Of a DNA stretch of 32,000 nt, positions 8,664 through 17,593 are shown one piece after another; position 1 is the first letter of the stretch; each line of letters begins with the position of its first letter. The stretch lies in NCBI GenBank assembly GCA_031316235.1, contig JALDRA010000001.1:150001-182000 (forward strand), given 5' to 3'. The notes below the pieces were generated by a model, which was not told where the DNA came from, did not search any database, and was given only the letters and a program-made list of their open reading frames with translations. The DNA comes from Candidatus Scalindua sp. GTDB lineage: Bacteria > Planctomycetota > Brocadiia > Brocadiales > Scalinduaceae. The translations under genes and the position numbers were made by a program.

Positions 8664-11600
8664 AATCATTGAATTCTCTCTGAAAAACAGGCTGGTTATC
8701 CTGATACTATTTGCCGTATTTATTGGTATTAGCGTTCGTGCTGTCATGCACATACCCATAGACGCATTTCCCGACACCACCCCTGTACAGGTTCAGATTA
8801 ATACCGTTGCGTCTAATCTTAATCCCTCGGAGATAGAACAACAAATAACACTGCCAATTGAACTCTCCATATCTGGTTTTTCAGGTCTTATTAACGTGCG
8901 CTCCATATCAAAGTTTGGTCTATCTCAGGTTATTGCAACGTTTGATGACAACACCAACATTTACGATGCTCGTCAATTCATTATAGAACGACTTATAAGT
9001 GTTGATCTGCCTGAAGATATAGATCGACCGCAATTGGGTCCTATCTCCACCGGTCTTGGAGAGGTTTTCCATTATATTCTACGATCTTCAAATCCTGATC
9101 GGACACTTGATGAACTCAGAACCATTCATGACTGGATTATAAAACCAGAACTTCGCAAGGTGTCCGGGGTGGCTGAAGTTAATTCGTGGGGCGGTTTTGA
9201 ACGTCAATACCAGGTAATCGTCTCGCCCGAGTCCCTGGTAAAATACACTTTGACGCTGAACAAGGTATTTGAAACGCTTGCCCAGAATAATCAGAATGTG
9301 GGTGGTGGACGAGTCGTATCAGCAGGGCAATCTCTGCTTGTGCATGGACTGGGCCGTGTCAGCACAATTGAACAGCTAGAAAACATAGTACTGAAGGCCC
9401 ACAAAGGCGCTCCCGTTTATATCAAGGATGTTGCTGATGTGGTAATAGGACACGAAATCCGTCGAGGAGCAGTAACTTCCGGTGGGCAAGGAGAGGTTGT
9501 TCTGGGCCTTGGTTTTGCCTTAATGGGTGAAAATAGCAAAAAGGTAACTGAAGGGTTGAAAAAGAGTCTTGATGTTGTTCGTAAATTCTTACCCGATGAT
9601 GTAGAGGTGGAAATTGTTTACGACCGCACTGATCTTATAACTAAGGTAATCAATACGGTAAAGCATAATTTAGTTTACGGGGCAATACTTGTAGTTCTCG
9701 TATTATTCCTGATATTGGGCAATTTACGAGCTGGGTTACTTGTCGCAATTGCAATTCCAATTTCAATGCTTTTTGCTATTTTCGGTATGTATGAATTTTC
9801 TATAGCTGCCAGTCTATTAAGCATGGGGGCTATTGACTTTGGTATTATTGTAGACGGATCTGTGGTAATGACAGAAATAAATATGCGAAAACTAAACGAC
9901 AGGCAGCGGCATTTAGGAAGACCATTGACAAATACGGAACGTCTGCAGAGCATATCTGAATCCAGTAAAGAGGTTATCCGTCCCATTATTTTCGGCATGG
10001 GTATTATCATAATTGTCTTTCTCCCTATCCTGGCACTGGAAGATATTGAAGGAAAGATGTTCAGACCAATGGCATGGACATTTATCTATGCAATGATTGG
10101 GGCGCTGACAATTGCCCTATTACTTTCGCCCATATTGTCTTATTATTTTTTACCAGGAAAAAGAAGAGAAAAAGAAGGTTTTATAGAACGCATCATAAAA
10201 GGAGGATACACAACTTCACTTTCACTGATACTCCGATGGAAATACACACTATTTGGTATTGTGTTTTTTCTCCTATTAGGGACGATCATTATCGCAACCA
10301 GGCTGGGAGGTGAATTTATACCAAAACTTAAAGAAGGTTCCATCGTCATTAACACCATACGCCTGGCAGGAGTATCAATTGAGGAAGCAGTTGCCTACAA
10401 CTCCCGCATTGAGAAACTCCTGCTTGGTCTCTTTCCAGACGAAATCAAAAACATCTGGAGTCGGGTAGGAACAGCTGAAGTTGCCACAGATCCTATGGGT
10501 ATAGAACTGACAGATATTTTTATCACACTGAATACCAGAGACCAGTGGAAACAAGCGAGAACGCAGGCTGAACTAATCAAGCAAATGGAAGAAGAACTTG
10601 AAGACTTGCCCGGTGTAAACATGATCTTTACCCAACCCATTGAAATGCGCTTGAATGAGATGGTTACCGGCATCAGATCAGACGTGGGTATTAAGATTTA
10701 TGGTGACAACTTTGAAGAACTGGTTCGTCTCAGCAATAGGGCACAGGAAATTCTCAAGAGCGTCAAAGGCGTTTCAGATATTGCCGGAGAGCAGATTACA
10801 GGGCAACCTACCCTTCAAGTAATTGTGAACCAGGATCAGATTGCAAGATACGGCATCACGGCAAGTAACGTGCTTAATCTCGTCAAAACGGTTGGCGCTC
10901 ATCAGGTAGGCGACATCTTTGAAGGGCAGAGGAGTTTTCCGCTTGTAGTCAGGTTACCCGAAAAACAACGTACCGATGTAGATGCTCTGGCTAAAACACT
11001 CATTCCAACTGAATCAGGACAAATTTTGCCGCTTCGTAATTTAGCTGAAGTCAGGGAAACAGAAGGTTATTCAACTATAAATCGGGAATGGGGACGTCGT
11101 TTAATAAAGATACAATGCAATGTCAGGGACAGGGATATAGCCTCTTTTGTGCAGGAAGCACAAACTCGCATTGAGAACGAAATGAGTCTGCCTGACGGAT
11201 ATGTAATCGAATGGGGAGGTCAATTTGAACATCTGAAACGTTCCAAAATACGTTTTATGATTGTTGTGCCCATAGCGCTTTTACTAATATTTTTAATGCT
11301 GTACTTCAGCCTGAAAAACCTTGTTGATGTATTCATTATTTATACAGGTATTCCATTTGCGTTTATAGGAGGTGTTTCTGCTCTATGGGGACGAGGCATG
11401 CCTTTAAGTGTAAGCGCTGCTATTGGGTTTATAGCCCTCAGTGGTATTGCTGTTCTTAATGGTCAGATTCTGGTATCTACTATCAGAGTGCTAAGGAAGG
11501 AAGGTCTTGTTTTTGGTGAAGCTGTCAAGGCAGCAGCCAATCAACGTTTGCTTCCTGTAATGGCAACTGCAATCACTGATGCTGTAGGATTTATACCAAT

Positions 11601-11802
11601 GGCTATTTCAACCAGTGTTGGAGCCGAAGTTCAGCGACCGCTTGCTACCGTGGTAATTGGTGGTGTAACTACTTCTACTCTGCTAACCTTATTTGTACTT
11701 CCAGCACTGTATCTCACCATGGGAAAGAAAATGGCGAAAACCAGCAATAAAAGTGTCCCCAGGCCAAATCCTGAGAAAAGTGTCAGGCATGACGCAATAT
11801 AG
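8656..11802 (+). CDS. CzcA-type heavy-metal efflux RND pump 2
   Basis: Start moved to ATG 8656 (MNKIIEFSLKNRL, matching the other pump N-termini; ATGA-type overlap with the adaptor stop). TM4 signature DFGIIVDGSVVMTEIN (9835-9882) keeps the D/D/E triad of CzcA. Confidence 0.92.
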   Translation: MNKIIEFSLKNRLVILILFAVFIGISVRAVMHIPIDAFPDTTPVQVQINTVASNLNPSEIEQQITLPIELSISGFSGLINVRSISKFGLSQVIATFDDNTNIYDARQFIIERLISVDLPEDIDRPQLGPISTGLGEVFHYILRSSNPDRTLDELRTIHDWIIKPELRKVSGVAEVNSWGGFERQYQVIVSPESLVKYTLTLNKVFETLAQNNQNVGGGRVVSAGQSLLVHGLGRVSTIEQLENIVLKAHKGAPVYIKDVADVVIGHEIRRGAVTSGGQGEVVLGLGFALMGENSKKVTEGLKKSLDVVRKFLPDDVEVEIVYDRTDLITKVINTVKHNLVYGAILVVLVLFLILGNLRAGLLVAIAIPISMLFAIFGMYEFSIAASLLSMGAIDFGIIVDGSVVMTEINMRKLNDRQRHLGRPLTNTERLQSISESSKEVIRPIIFGMGIIIIVFLPILALEDIEGKMFRPMAWTFIYAMIGALTIALLLSPILSYYFLPGKRREKEGFIERIIKGGYTTSLSLILRWKYTLFGIVFFLLLGTIIIATRLGGEFIPKLKEGSIVINTIRLAGVSIEEAVAYNSRIEKLLLGLFPDEIKNIWSRVGTAEVATDPMGIELTDIFITLNTRDQWKQARTQAELIKQMEEELEDLPGVNMIFTQPIEMRLNEMVTGIRSDVGIKIYGDNFEELVRLSNRAQEILKSVKGVSDIAGEQITGQPTLQVIVNQDQIARYGITASNVLNLVKTVGAHQVGDIFEGQRSFPLVVRLPEKQRTDVDALAKTLIPTESGQILPLRNLAEVRETEGYSTINREWGRRLIKIQCNVRDRDIASFVQEAQTRIENEMSLPDGYVIEWGGQFEHLKRSKIRFMIVVPIALLLIFLMLYFSLKNLVDVFIIYTGIPFAFIGGVSALWGRGMPLSVSAAIGFIALSGIAVLNGQILVSTIRVLRKEGLVFGEAVKAAANQRLLPVMATAITDAVGFIPMAISTSVGAEVQRPLATVVIGGVTTSTLLTLFVLPALYLTMGKKMAKTSNKSVPRPNPEKSVRHDAI

Positions 11803-11857
11803 AGTATAGATATTGATATTGGAAGTGTTTTTACAGGTAATTAATGGAGCAACAAAA

Positions 11858-11983
11858 ATGGGCGAACAAACATTACGGGACTTCTTCCTTGGATTCATTA
11901 AAATCCATATTCTTTATCACGCAGCAAAAGAGCCCATTTATGGGCAGGAATTTTCAGAGGAATTAACTGATGAATATGAATAG
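11858..11983 (+). pseudogene. Truncated PadR-family regulator stub (41 codons)
   Basis: MGEQTLRDFFLGFIKIHILYHAAKEPIYGQEFSEELTDEYE* matches only the first helix region of ~100-aa PadR-type wHTH proteins. It ends at TAG and overlaps the start of the next ORF in another frame. Confidence 0.45.
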
Positions 11984-13397
11984 AGATACTCAGAAACACA
12001 ATGGATTTGATTTATTACGAATTAATCTGATTAGAAAATTGATCTTATGGGCAGGCTTTCCTTATGTTTTTCAAATTCTCACCTTACTTGTTTTTTTGGC
12101 ATTGGCAGTCATTGGATCGGGTTTGTTTCCTCCTAATGGTGTGGATGACAAATTATTCGCCAAAACCAATCTTACGAATTTAACTATCTGGGGGCTCTGG
12201 TGGCCATTGATGATATGGGTTACTGTGCTGTTCGGACGTGCATGGTGTTTTATCTGCCCAATGGAAATTATTTCTAATTTCAGTGAACGGTTAGGGAGGG
12301 TAATAGGTATCAGGCAAAAACCTTTGAAGAAATGGCTGTGTTCCGGAGTATTAATTGTTGCTCTTTACGCTGTTATTCAGTTGTTAGTCGCAGGAGTGCA
12401 TCTTCATAGAATACCGGCATATACATCAATTTTTTTATTTACACTTTTGACTATTGCAATGTGTACCGGTTTGTTTCTTAAAGACAGGGCCTTCTGCCGT
12501 GGGTTTTGTCCGGTTGGCATGCTCTTGAATGCCTATGGGCGTGGTAGTATGCTGGCGGTTCGTCATGCCTCTGACCAGGCTTGTGCTTCCTGCACAAGCA
12601 GAGACTGCGTATTGGATTCTAATCGCAAAAAAATAGTTGGACGGAGTTGCCCCAGTTTGCTCAATCCTGCAAAACTAAATAGTACGAGCGATTGTCTGGT
12701 TTGTGGACAGTGTATTAAATCATGCACTCCATTCAACATGACGCTATTGCTCAGACGTCCTTTCCATCCTGCTGATTACCGGGAACCTCTGACTTCCTGG
12801 CCTCTCACACTATTCATCATGTTGGTTTCCGGATTTGTTACGTATGAATTATGCACAGAATGGGATCAGGCAAAACATGTTTTTTTGTGGATTCCACAGC
12901 AGTTATCTTTGGTTATTGGTTTGAGCACCAATAACGGTTGGATCAAAGGTTTTTGGACTTTGTTTCTATTTCCGTTCTTACTCTGGTCATTCTTTGGCGC
13001 TATCGTGAAAATATTTGAGTTCAACACTGACCTTACCACAATTTGGAGGCGTCTTGCATTACCGTTGGTGATCGTTATTTCAGCTGGTCATTTGGTTAAG
13101 GGAATAGCTAAATTAATTTCATGGATTGGTTTCTTGCCTTATGCGATACGTGATCCTTTTGGTTTTAAAACTGTTCATCAATTTACTTCCGGTATATTAC
13201 AAATTCCGGCTCCTTTGATTGATAAATTTGTTGTTTCGATAATAGGAATAGTCATAATGCTTATCGGCATATATTATGCAATTCGTGAATTCAGATTAAC
13301 ATATAATGAATCGCATGTGTATTGGTTAATACCAAAATTCATTTTAGGAATCATCTTTTTGTTCATCGTATTTGGTAAAGAATTGTCTTTTTTTTAA
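11970..13397 (+). CDS. Integral-membrane 4Fe-4S polyferredoxin (NapH/MauN/CcoG-like)
   Basis: 475 aa, multiple TM segments. Membrane CxxCP motifs (WCFICP, FCRGFCPVG). Two ferredoxin-type clusters (CASCTSRDC...SCP; CLVCGQCIKSCTP). Confidence 0.7.
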   Translation: MNMNRDTQKHNGFDLLRINLIRKLILWAGFPYVFQILTLLVFLALAVIGSGLFPPNGVDDKLFAKTNLTNLTIWGLWWPLMIWVTVLFGRAWCFICPMEIISNFSERLGRVIGIRQKPLKKWLCSGVLIVALYAVIQLLVAGVHLHRIPAYTSIFLFTLLTIAMCTGLFLKDRAFCRGFCPVGMLLNAYGRGSMLAVRHASDQACASCTSRDCVLDSNRKKIVGRSCPSLLNPAKLNSTSDCLVCGQCIKSCTPFNMTLLLRRPFHPADYREPLTSWPLTLFIMLVSGFVTYELCTEWDQAKHVFLWIPQQLSLVIGLSTNNGWIKGFWTLFLFPFLLWSFFGAIVKIFEFNTDLTTIWRRLALPLVIVISAGHLVKGIAKLISWIGFLPYAIRDPFGFKTVHQFTSGILQIPAPLIDKFVVSIIGIVIMLIGIYYAIREFRLTYNESHVYWLIPKFILGIIFLFIVFGKELSFF

Positions 13398-13445
13398 TCC
13401 TGCTCAGTAGCGTCCGGTTAGGAATTTGCACGTGCGGCTTTTGTC

Positions 13446-13518
13446 ATACCCGAGTGCTTTTATCGGGTATCCAGAGAGTCTCATTCATCCTAGATTCCCG
13501 CTAAAAACATGCGGGAAT
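13446..13518. terminator. Pair of 8-bp-stem hairpins between convergent genes (REP-like / bidirectional terminator candidates)
   Basis: ATACCCGA-9nt-TCGGGTAT (13446-13470) and ATTCCCGC-9nt-GCGGGAAT (13494-13518). The second is followed by GACATCTTTT. Sits between the + gene ending at 13397 and the - gene ending at 13598. Confidence 0.5.
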
Positions 13519-13597
13519 GACATCTTTTGAACAATAAATTAAATACGCAAAAATCTAACCGGACACTACTGAATCTTGCTACAATTTTTATATTCTG

Positions 13598-13951
13598 TCA
13601 AGCATTCCTCGGCCAGTACATAATTACAGATACACCGACAAGGCATATTATGCCGCCAATGATGTCATATTTGTCAGGATTTATTTTGTCTATCTTCCAC
13701 CCCCACAAGATGGACAGGATTACAAATACACCACCATATGCAGCATAAACCCTGCCAAAGTTTGCGTGCTGAAGAGTAGGAATAATTCCGTAAAGCACCA
13801 AGATTACACCACCAAATACACCGATCCATATACTCTTGCCTTCCCGAAGCCAGAGCCATACAAGGTACCCACCGCCTATCTCGCAAAAACCGGCAAGTAT
13901 GAATAGTATGATTGATTTAGTAATAAAGAGTGATGAATGCTGTGATATCAA
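13598..13951 (-). CDS. ynfA: YnfA-family (UPF0060) small membrane protein
   Basis: 117 aa, 4 [22 protein letters not shown] and [20 protein letters not shown] closely parallel E. coli YnfA (CEIIGCFLPWLWLK..., [12 protein letters not shown]...). Confidence 0.85.
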   Translation of the reverse strand: MISQHSSLFITKSIILFILAGFCEIGGGYLVWLWLREGKSIWIGVFGGVILVLYGIIPTLQHANFGRVYAAYGGVFVILSILWGWKIDKINPDKYDIIGGIICLVGVSVIMYWPRNA

Positions 13952-14106
13952 TCAGGTTAAAATGGATCGGATAAAAAAGATTGCCCTGTGGGTAATAACT
14001 GCTGTTAATGAATAAAAAGAACTTCCTAATCTCATGTATAGACAAATTAAAGCTTGGCAATTTGAGGGAAATAAGAATTGGATTGGCTATCTCCACTCTA
14101 CATATT

Positions 14107-14427
14107 TTATGGAAACAGCTTTAGAATAGTAACCGCAACGCCTGTGGTTCCTACAATAATGCCGAAGATTTTAATAAGCAGGTCTTTGAGTTCCCTGCTT
14201 ATTTCAACGCGCAGATCGCTGATTGTATCGCTTAATTTATTATCAAGGCCGATTATTTGTTTACTGAGCTCGTTGCGGAAATATTCTTTCAGGTCACTCT
14301 GGCTGTCGACGTGTGACCTCTCGATAACATCTGTCAGGGTCTCTGCCTGTTCGTGGCTGAAGCCGGCCGATTCTAATTTTTTTACATTTTCAAGCTCTCT
14401 GGTAATTGGCATTGCCGTTTTCCTCAT
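14107..14427 (-). CDS. DUF1640-like coiled-coil protein with C-terminal TM anchor
   Basis: 106 aa. KKLESAGFSHEQAETLTDVIERSH..., coiled-coil middle and hydrophobic tail IFGIIVGTTGVAVTILKLF, the pattern of bacterial DUF1640 proteins. Start codon uncertain (M1 or M6). Confidence 0.6.
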   Translation of the reverse strand: MRKTAMPITRELENVKKLESAGFSHEQAETLTDVIERSHVDSQSDLKEYFRNELSKQIIGLDNKLSDTISDLRVEISRELKDLLIKIFGIIVGTTGVAVTILKLFP

Positions 14428-14598
14428 CTACAGAAGGCATATCGAAATAGTCCTGTTCTTTATATTTCTAAAGAAATGCAGGATCTTAAGTCATTTGTTT
14501 GTAAAGGACACCTCTTTGAAAATTGACTTTTCCTCTAGTTACCTGCAGCGGAGCATGTGCTATTAAAATCTGTTTAATAATAATTGTCAATTAAATTC

Positions 14599-17538
14599 TT
14601 ACGGGTATTTCTCAATGCTTTTGGTCAATTCATGGGCAATGTTTCCGCTTACAAGACGCATGATACTCTCTTCCGCCGTTCCAAAACTTAATAAGTTTAT
14701 GCTTCCATACCAGACTATTTTCTGATCAATAATCGCGAATTTCTGATGAATATTTGACTTAAAGAGAACATTAATTCCCGTTTCCTTCAAGGCATTAAAT
14801 ATCTGTACCAGGTGTGATCTCCTGGTATCTTTAAAATCTTCAGCAGGCCTTGTCATTACTGTTACTTTCACTTTATTTTTTAAGATAGTGTGGAAGTATT
14901 GCATCATTCGAGGAACACGCCGGTTTGTTACAAATGGGCTGACAATCAATACCTCTCTGGCTGCGTTAACGATATCGCTGGTATAAACAGGGAAAAAGCT
15001 GTGTTTATCAAAAATAATCTCAGTAGGTATCTCAGTAACAATTTCTCCCTTTGCCCTATAACCGATAGATGCATAGCCTCCTAACCTTCTTCCATACATT
15101 TTCTCAAGTATTCTTACCTGAATATCCACATAGTCGTATATCCGTATTTCATTTTTATTTTCATATACTCTATGCAGTCTTCCGGCGTACTGCTGCAATG
15201 TGCCTTTCCAGGAAACAGGCATGGCTAAAAATAAAGTATCAAGGCGAGGCTCATCAAATCCTTCGCCAACATATTTACCGGTAGCAACCAAAGTCAATGG
15301 CTTATTTGCAGGTGTTGCAGATATTCTTTCAAATATCTCTCTCGTCTCTTTAACGCCCATACTTCCCACTAATGCTATTACATCCGGTATTCTCTCCCTG
15401 AGTTTATTTGTAAGGGATTTAACATGTGCAGTCCTTTCTGTTAAAATGAGAGAGTTCCTGCCGTTTTCATAACAACTTACAACATCATCCACGATTACCT
15501 GATTGCGTATTTCGTCTTCTATTAATTCCGAATAGATTTCTTGAATAGTTAACTCTTTTTCATTTTTGCCGGCTGAAATTCTAAAATATGAAAACCTCGG
15601 TATGACATAGTGGTCAAAAGGCATCTTTTCCGCCTGTTTTTTTGCATCGACTGTGAACCTTATCGGACCACAATATAAAAAAATAATCGGATGGTGTCCA
15701 TCCTGCCTTTCCGGTGTTGCCGTTAAGCCGTATATAAATTTTGCATTTGATTCTTTTACTATTTGTTCAAACCTAAAAGCTGGAATATGGTGACACTCAT
15801 CAACAATAATCATGCCATATTTCTTGACACTTTCCTTTACTTCACCTGCCGTATTTAATGATTGCATAATTGCAACATCAATGATGCCACTCAACCGGTC
15901 TTTTCCCGCTCCTAATTGTCCAATCAGACTTTGTTTCCTTTTTCTCCCTCGCTTTTCAGGCTGTTCCGGAAGCTGTTCATTAATAATCAAAAATTCTGAT
16001 AACCTGGTCATCCATTGTGATAGTAATTGTTGCCTATGCACCAGTATTAATGTGCTTACTTTGCGTTCAGCGATCAAACTTGCTCCAACAACTGTTTTTC
16101 CAAAAGCTGTTGTAGCGGATAACACCCCATTTTCATAACGTATTAATTCATCTACTGCACTGCGCTGTTCGTCTCTGAGCGCTCCATTAAATTCAACATC
16201 TATGGCCTTGCCATGATTTGTTTCATCAATCCAATTAGCATCTACATTATATTCATTTAAAAGATTACGGACATCGTCTTCACACCCTCGCGGCAAACAT
16301 AGGTACTTCTCTAAATCATCAGAACACGATATTACTCTTGGCTTGTTATAAGTAGGCATTCTCATCGCTTGAGATTTATAAAAGTCAGGATTTCTAAAAG
16401 CAGCTAATCGTTTTAAAGCATTTAACGCCCTGGAAGAAAATCCGGTTTTCCAGATATAGTGCATACCGGATTTAACTATTTTGACATTATCGGGAACATC
16501 TTCTTTCCGCAGTTTGACAGGAGTTGGTACCCATGGCGTATCTACCTCGACATCATCTTTTTTTAATGTACCCAATTCATTACCAGCACAAAGCCTGGTA
16601 ATTAAACAGGTCAAGTTCGTCTCGGAAAGCCTTTGAATACCAGCCAGAAATTCCCACTGATCTGCGTATGGGTCAAATTTTCCATCTACAAAGACACTAT
16701 TCCCATTTTGCCTTGCTGACATTTGAAGTGGCAGCGCTATTAAATTTCCAAATCCCCCTTTTGGCATAGTATCTTGATTAGGAAAAAATCGATCATAGGA
16801 CTTAAATGAAATTGCATGCCTCTTATTCATTGAATATGTCAGTAAAGATGTCCCGAATTTTCTGACAAGCGCCGCCGATACCCTATCCTCGAAGAAAAAC
16901 CAGGCATGTGCTCCATCACCTGATCTTGAACGCTCGACAGCAATAGGGATTTCAAATTTCCTACAGACATCACGTATAACAGAAACATCTTTTCCCCATT
17001 CATCATCGTCAAAATCAATCACTAAAAAAAAACAGGTTTCATCAGGAAACATCGGATAAATGCCAATAACAGATTTACCTCTAAGATGTTCTTCAACGGT
17101 ATTCACGTTTAATTGAGCATATAATTTCTGTGTGCATTTGGAGCATTTGATTTTTGGCTTTGCACAGACTCCCGGTTTCCACTCATTCAAACACACAGGA
17201 GAATATCCAGACACGCCTTTTTTATCTTGCCATCTTTTCGCATATACATCTTCCCTGCCCTTAAAAAGAGACATAAAAAGAATTATTTTATTTTTTGTGT
17301 CAGAAAAATTATTAAGAGGTTCAGCCTCAGCCTCTGTTTCTATAGATTCAATTCTGGGTATATTCTCACAGATATCCATGCTTGTTTCCTCAAAAGGTAG
17401 ATCTTCTACCGAGGTTGATTCCACCTGCAAAATACCGCTATTGAACTCAAGCATATTTATTTTATCTCTAAGTTTCGTGTTCTCTTCAAGTAGCGACTGA
17501 TATCTTCTGTATAATTCTTTGTAGCTGAATTTTTTCAT
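14599..17538 (-). CDS. Fusion protein: AEP/prim-pol-like domain + SF2 (DEAD/DEAH-type) helicase + C-terminal PLD/HKD nuclease domain
   Basis: 979 aa. AEP-like motifs VIDFDDDE, SRSGDGAHAWFFF, GGFGNLIALPLQ (aa 86-272). Helicase motifs AFGKT, DECHH, LTATPER, QYAGRLHR (aa 452-815). HKD motif HQKFAIIDQKIVWYGSINLL (aa 931-950). Confidence 0.85.
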   Translation of the reverse strand: MKKFSYKELYRRYQSLLEENTKLRDKINMLEFNSGILQVESTSVEDLPFEETSMDICENIPRIESIETEAEAEPLNNFSDTKNKIILFMSLFKGREDVYAKRWQDKKGVSGYSPVCLNEWKPGVCAKPKIKCSKCTQKLYAQLNVNTVEEHLRGKSVIGIYPMFPDETCFFLVIDFDDDEWGKDVSVIRDVCRKFEIPIAVERSRSGDGAHAWFFFEDRVSAALVRKFGTSLLTYSMNKRHAISFKSYDRFFPNQDTMPKGGFGNLIALPLQMSARQNGNSVFVDGKFDPYADQWEFLAGIQRLSETNLTCLITRLCAGNELGTLKKDDVEVDTPWVPTPVKLRKEDVPDNVKIVKSGMHYIWKTGFSSRALNALKRLAAFRNPDFYKSQAMRMPTYNKPRVISCSDDLEKYLCLPRGCEDDVRNLLNEYNVDANWIDETNHGKAIDVEFNGALRDEQRSAVDELIRYENGVLSATTAFGKTVVGASLIAERKVSTLILVHRQQLLSQWMTRLSEFLIINEQLPEQPEKRGRKRKQSLIGQLGAGKDRLSGIIDVAIMQSLNTAGEVKESVKKYGMIIVDECHHIPAFRFEQIVKESNAKFIYGLTATPERQDGHHPIIFLYCGPIRFTVDAKKQAEKMPFDHYVIPRFSYFRISAGKNEKELTIQEIYSELIEDEIRNQVIVDDVVSCYENGRNSLILTERTAHVKSLTNKLRERIPDVIALVGSMGVKETREIFERISATPANKPLTLVATGKYVGEGFDEPRLDTLFLAMPVSWKGTLQQYAGRLHRVYENKNEIRIYDYVDIQVRILEKMYGRRLGGYASIGYRAKGEIVTEIPTEIIFDKHSFFPVYTSDIVNAAREVLIVSPFVTNRRVPRMMQYFHTILKNKVKVTVMTRPAEDFKDTRRSHLVQIFNALKETGINVLFKSNIHQKFAIIDQKIVWYGSINLLSFGTAEESIMRLVSGNIAHELTKSIEKYP

Positions 17539-17593
17539 AAAACTTTATAATCCAATTAGACAAAATTGTATTATATTTAGAATCAAGAAAAAC

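Noticed and set aside
13527-13748. 73-aa plus-strand ORF and the 13674-13886 minus-strand ORF
   Set aside because: Both overlap the clearly recognisable ynfA reading frame.
14078-14566. 162-aa plus-strand ORF
   Set aside because: It is antisense to the DUF1640-like gene, Ser/Leu-rich and low-complexity. The minus-strand product has a recognisable family pattern.
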